From positions 1 to 37,760 of IMG/VR virus record IMGVR_UViG_3300042901_000667: a DNA stretch of 37,760 nucleotides. The stretch is one strand, 5' to 3'. A model generated the notes under the pieces. The model was not told the origin of the DNA. It worked only from the letters and a program-made list of their open reading frames with translations, and made no database searches. This stretch comes from a virus (taxonomy: Duplodnaviria; Caudoviricetes). The position numbers and the translations under genes were made by a program. Positions 34,417-37,760 of this stretch are shown here, one piece after another; within the stretch, counting starts at the first letter, position 1; the number at the start of each line of letters is the position of its first letter.

Positions 34417-34430
34417 ATTGCCTCACTATG

Positions 34431-34457
34431 AAATAAAAAAGCCCACACAAGGCGGGC
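34431..34457 (-). terminator. Intrinsic terminator in the late leader (tR'-like)
   Basis: GCCCGC-CTTGT-GTGGGC hairpin followed by TTTTTTATTT. Confidence 0.8.
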
Positions 34458-34667
34458 GAAAGTGCTCTAAAAAGAGCAACTGCTAAAAGTGCTGCATCAG
34501 GTGCGCGCCGCCAATTAAGGCCAGCACTGCCGGGATTCCCCAGCGTTCTAGGCGTGATGCTCAAGCGGCGAAGGTGGCTTAAATGAACAATCCTACCAAC
34601 ACCACCAACATTCGTAATGTTTAGCGGCTTGATAAATTTTGGAGACGGCTACGCCTTCCAGTTCGCC

Positions 34668-34695
34668 ATTATCATTAAAAAAAGGGGTTTGTCAA
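34668..34695 (-). promoter_or_regulatory. Late promoter candidate (pR'-like) TTGACA-N16-GATAAT
   Basis: Downstream of the Q-like gene; about 210 nt upstream of a terminator that precedes all late genes. Confidence 0.7.
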
Positions 34696-35027
34696 CTATT
34701 TTCACAATTTTTTTCGTTGATTTCTTGTGGATTGCCAACTTTTGCAACTAATCTCCCTGACGCATTGAAGAATTTGATGCCTGATTTCAAATTGTTGTCG
34801 GGGTATATTGGGATTTTGTAGCCGCACCCAAAATAATAGAGGCCTTTTTTACCATCAGGATCGATAACGCATGATCCCAAAATTTGGGTTTTTTGAAACG
34901 TTTCAGTGTACATTTTAAAAAAATCTTGACTTGCTATCGCATAGCGTGCCCCTTTGCCAAACGTCGCACGGCTCATAAATGTCAATAAATTTCCAGCAGT
35001 TATTTCATTTTTTTTGTCAATGTTCAT
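34692..35027 (-). CDS. AT-rich hypothetical protein (moron-like)
   Basis: 111 aa; AGGAG RBS; visibly lower GC than flanking genes. Confidence 0.7.
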   Translation of the reverse strand: MNIDKKNEITAGNLLTFMSRATFGKGARYAIASQDFFKMYTETFQKTQILGSCVIDPDGKKGLYYFGCGYKIPIYPDNNLKSGIKFFNASGRLVAKVGNPQEINEKNCENS

Positions 35028-35426
35028 TTAATCAACTCCTTGTTGTTGCAGCACACCAGCCGCGATTAACCGCCGCATCAGCTGGTTTCTAGCTTCTAGA
35101 ACAATCACGCCGCGCTCTAGCTGGTCAGCGGGTAGCCGTGGACTACGCCATACAGTCTGCCCGGTGGCGCAATTACGGGCGTTCTCGTAGATTGCGCTGC
35201 GGTGCGGCTCTGCTATCTCTGACACCTGAAAGTCCACGGCCTTCATGATGTCGCTGCTGATCTCCCCGTCGATGATGTCGTCAACCGTGTCCCAGCCACG
35301 GCCTGATTTGGCATTGCGACACATAGGGTTAGTGCCTGTTTTTGGCAGTGGGCTGTAACCTTTTTCCCATTCGTGCCATTTTGCAAGTATTTCGTCAAGA
35401 ATTTCTTTTGAGTCATCGCGCATCAA
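35028..35426 (-). CDS. Putative late-gene antiterminator (Q-like)
   Basis: L..W..W N-terminus and AVD....I....RSAI helix pattern; last conserved-looking gene before the late promoter/terminator. Confidence 0.65.
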   Translation of the reverse strand: MMRDDSKEILDEILAKWHEWEKGYSPLPKTGTNPMCRNAKSGRGWDTVDDIIDGEISSDIMKAVDFQVSEIAEPHRSAIYENARNCATGQTVWRSPRLPADQLERGVIVLEARNQLMRRLIAAGVLQQQGVD

Positions 35427-35427
35427 A

Positions 35428-35694
35428 CTACTCCAGTTTATTAAGGTTGTGCGGCCAATGCTTAACAGCCAGTGGCATTAAAAAACCATAGTCATCCATT
35501 ACTGCACAGGGTATGCCTATATGTACGCTACGCTCACTGCGCCACACTTTGCCGTCAAAAGAAACTTTTCCATCGCGCTCATGTGTGTTATGCGTTCCTG
35601 ACCACGAGGCCGACCAATAACCATTACCTGTAGTTATCATCCATCCTTGTGAGCCTTGGCGGTCACACTGCCCCCAAGTTATTGACTGCAGCAT
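35428..35694 (-). CDS. Hypothetical protein
   Basis: 88-aa ORF ending in a VMDDYGFL motif. Confidence 0.6.
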   Translation of the reverse strand: MLQSITWGQCDRQGSQGWMITTGNGYWSASWSGTHNTHERDGKVSFDGKVWRSERSVHIGIPCAVMDDYGFLMPLAVKHWPHNLNKLE

Positions 35695-35715
35695 TATGTT
35701 TAACCCTTTTTAAGT

Positions 35716-35994
35716 TTATTGCGGTTTCGGGCAATCGTCAGGCACTTGCACGGCCATGTACACGGCTGCATAAATTGGGATTTCCTCGCGCTTCACTTTT
35801 TTGATGCGCTCAACCGTCCACCTGTCGATGTGAACATCTGTCATGCCACTCACGGCGGCCGTGGCGTGAGAACGTGACATTTCAGTTTTGATGCAGATTT
35901 CTGCAAGCGTCAAGCCGTCGATGCAAGCGTTCAGGGCGCTACGAATTCTTTTTTGTGTCATATTAAGGGCGCTACGAATTCTTTCTTGTGTCAT
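35716..35994 (-). CDS. Putative winged-HTH protein with a 33-bp duplicated start
   Basis: IRSAL....DGLTLAEI...DVHIDRW...PDDCPKP; alternative ATG at 35961. Confidence 0.7.
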   Translation of the reverse strand: MTQERIRSALNMTQKRIRSALNACIDGLTLAEICIKTEMSRSHATAAVSGMTDVHIDRWTVERIKKVKREEIPIYAAVYMAVQVPDDCPKPQ

Positions 35995-36042
35995 ATTAGG
36001 GTAAATACTTATCAAATAGTTGATAAAACACTGTTTAAACGC

Positions 36043-36070
36043 TTGCAACGCCTACAATGTAGGCTACAAT
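36043..36070 (+). promoter_or_regulatory. Promoter TTGCAA-N16-TACAAT with a perfect operator-like palindrome GCCTACA-A-TGTAGGC in the spacer
   Basis: Palindrome 36050-36064 lies between -35 and -10; a second palindrome TTATCAA-N4-TTGATAA is at 36009-36026. Confidence 0.7.
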
Positions 36071-36117
36071 GCATTCATGCCAGCGATTTTGCTGGGTTGT
36101 TTAAAGGATAGAAAATC

Positions 36118-36306
36118 ATGACCAACACAAAACGCCCTCTGATTCACCTGGCGCTGACCGACAACTTCCTTGTTGTGGCGCAATTTGCTGTAACCAGCGA
36201 CGCTGCAAGTTTTTGTAAAGAAAACAATCTCTACCATATACCTTTTAATTTGGATAACCGAGATAACGAAGCGGCTCCATTGATTGGCACTGTGTACCGC
36301 GCCTAA
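36118..36306 (+). CDS. Hypothetical protein (counter-oriented mini-operon gene 1)
   Basis: AAGGA RBS; downstream of the promoter. Confidence 0.65.
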   Translation: MTNTKRPLIHLALTDNFLVVAQFAVTSDAASFCKENNLYHIPFNLDNRDNEAAPLIGTVYRA

Positions 36307-36336
36307 GCACACCCTGTAACCCAAAAAGGAAAAATC

Positions 36337-36567
36337 ATGCTGAAACATCACAACCACGCGCCTGGCGCAACGGTCAGAACAATCCGCGAAACCATGCACG
36401 GCTCCGACTGGTACGGTAGCTGTGAAATATGCAACAAACCAGCCTCGACCATCTATGCATCGAAAGTTCAGACGGCATTTTTGAGGCCAGACGGTACAAC
36501 CGGCTTGTATCAAAACAGTGGCAGCTCTTATGGCCACTTGGATTGCTTGGAATCTGCCAATGCCTAA
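36337..36567 (+). CDS. Small Zn-finger-like protein (CEIC...HLDC)
   Basis: AAGGA RBS; YGSCEICNK and YGHLDCL motifs. Confidence 0.7.
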   Translation: MLKHHNHAPGATVRTIRETMHGSDWYGSCEICNKPASTIYASKVQTAFLRPDGTTGLYQNSGSSYGHLDCLESANA

Positions 36568-36745
36568 GCCACGACCGCCCACCCCAGCCGAAATTAAGGC
36601 TCTACGCGCTGCCAGCGGTCTCACGCAAGCCCTCGCGGCGGCCAAGCTAGACCTGAGCGCCAAGTCTTGGCAGGCGTACGAGCTGGGCACGCGCAATATG
36701 CGCCGTCGTGACTTTGATTTATTTAGGTCGAAGATCGGCATTTAG
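36560..36745 (+). CDS. XRE-family helix-turn-helix regulator (61 aa)
   Basis: PTPAEIKALRAASGLTQALAA......SWQAYELGTRNM. Confidence 0.85.
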   Translation: MPKPRPPTPAEIKALRAASGLTQALAAAKLDLSAKSWQAYELGTRNMRRRDFDLFRSKIGI

Positions 36746-36783
36746 GATTTCTTGGCCTTCCCAGGCCATTTTGCCGCCGTAGG

Positions 36784-37164
36784 TCATGTAAACAAAAAGC
36801 CTACACCAGCCAGCACTAAAACGCCCACAAACAATATCGCAGCAACCGCTGTCGCTCCCATCACAAAACCCATCGCAACGTCAAACCAACCAAAATAGCC
36901 TCTCTCTCTATAAGACTTCCACGCGCCGACAACCGCACCAAGCAGCACCAGCACGATTGCCACCTTTACGACAATCAGCGCACCGCCCGGTAAGTCGTTT
37001 GGATGTAGCCTTTGCACGCATTCTGCATAACCGCGCATTTCTGCGACTGTTGCGGTTTCTGGTTTGTACGTTTTGACCGTTGCTTTGCACGCCTCGGTTT
37101 TAGCCGCGATTGCCTCAGCCAGTGCCACACTTGAAATTACTACTGCTGCGCCACTTGTTGACAT
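36784..37164 (-). CDS. Membrane protein with two C-terminal TM helices
   Basis: 126 aa; hydrophobic segments; Cys pair in the soluble part. Confidence 0.7.
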   Translation of the reverse strand: MSTSGAAVVISSVALAEAIAAKTEACKATVKTYKPETATVAEMRGYAECVQRLHPNDLPGGALIVVKVAIVLVLLGAVVGAWKSYRERGYFGWFDVAMGFVMGATAVAAILFVGVLVLAGVGFLFT

Positions 37165-37167
37165 AAT

Positions 37168-37317
37168 TTAATGCCCCCCCTTTTTAGCCTTCCCAAGCCA
37201 AGCAGTCCAGGCTTTTGCCGTTCTCAGGCTAAAGAATCGATGCTTGTCGCCTGATAGGTCTAGCCCTTTGGCTATGCCGTGGGCGGTGAATTGGCGTAGG
37301 GTGGTGGTTAGGTTCAT
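37168..37317 (-). CDS. Small hypothetical protein (49 aa)
   Basis: Manual translation MNLTTTLRQFTAHGIAKGLDLSGDKHRFFSLRTAKAWTAWLGKAKKGGH; AAGGAG RBS. Confidence 0.6.
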   Translation of the reverse strand: MNLTTTLRQFTAHGIAKGLDLSGDKHRFFSLRTAKAWTAWLGKAKKGGH

Positions 37318-37633
37318 GGTTTCTCCTTGGTTAAGTTTTCAAGATAAATCCGATACGGCTCACGAATTGAACGGTGCCAGGCTTTGTTTGCTTCGGGGTT
37401 GGTGTCTAGTTCGCGGCGGCTGTCAACGCAACATAGCGCTTTTACCGCTTCAGCGGCTTCATTTTCCGTAGCCACAACATGATCTGGCGCTGGGTGCGTT
37501 ATGTTTAAAAACAACCAAAACTGCGGCTCTTTGCACCACATCACGGCACGCCTGCAAGCATCGCCAATAGGCTCTTTTGGCGGCTCTTGCACTGGTTTTT
37601 CATCAAGATAAATCCGATACGGCTCACGAATTA
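37314..37633 (-). CDS. 3' part of the origin-spanning 247-aa protein (starts at 424)
   Basis: In frame with 424->1 across the circular join. Confidence 0.85.
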
Positions 37634-37760
37634 AACGGTGCCAGGCTTTGTTTGCTTCGGGGTTGGTGTCTAGTTCGCGGCGGGATTCGACTTCGCACAT
37701 TTGACAAACAAATTGCCTTGCCTGCTCCTCGGATGCGATTTTTTGGCCGATTACAAAATC

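Noticed and set aside
34494-34560. tRNA gene or hammerhead ribozyme in the late leader
   Set aside because: It lacks the T-loop GTTC and D-loop consensus, and CTGATG is not followed by the hammerhead core (CUGAUGA...GAAA). Kept only as a generic structured RNA.
36064-36741. 225-aa minus-strand ORF
   Set aside because: It is antisense to the three-gene plus-strand operon that has a promoter, RBSs and a clear HTH.
37634-37760. 127-bp terminal repeat as a biological DTR
   Set aside because: It falls mid-gene and 127 is a common assembler k-mer length. It is best read as circular overlap, not a packaging end.

Overview
The window is a complete, circularly closed tailed-phage genome. Bases 1-127 repeat 37634-37760, most likely an assembler overlap, so the unit length is 37,633 bp. 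The layout is lambdoid: divergent early operons at ~6.3 kb, O/P-like replication genes, a Dam-family methyltransferase and nin-like genes, a Q-like antiterminator, and a pR'/tR'-like late leader. The virion module is podovirus/P22-like (TerS, TerL, portal, scaffold, major capsid, adaptor, hub, GNAT, three ejection proteins, tail fibre), followed by a GH108 lysin and a holin. I found no integrase, CI-like repressor or recognisable recombinase. A betaproteobacterial host is an inference from gene style only. Four things stand out. (1) The first late gene is an intact-frame mosaic mini-terminase: a TerS start fused to a TerL ATPase segment from which the Q-motif/Walker A block is deleted, a candidate defence decoy or dominant-negative packaging inhibitor. 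(2) A perfect 45-bp antisense copy of the tail-adaptor gene sits in-frame inside an early gene 17 kb away. (3) Gene or domain cassettes flanked by duplicated RBS/start junctions recur across the genome. (4) Structured leader RNAs lie upstream of the replication and late operons. All product calls come from motif recognition and synteny, not database searches.
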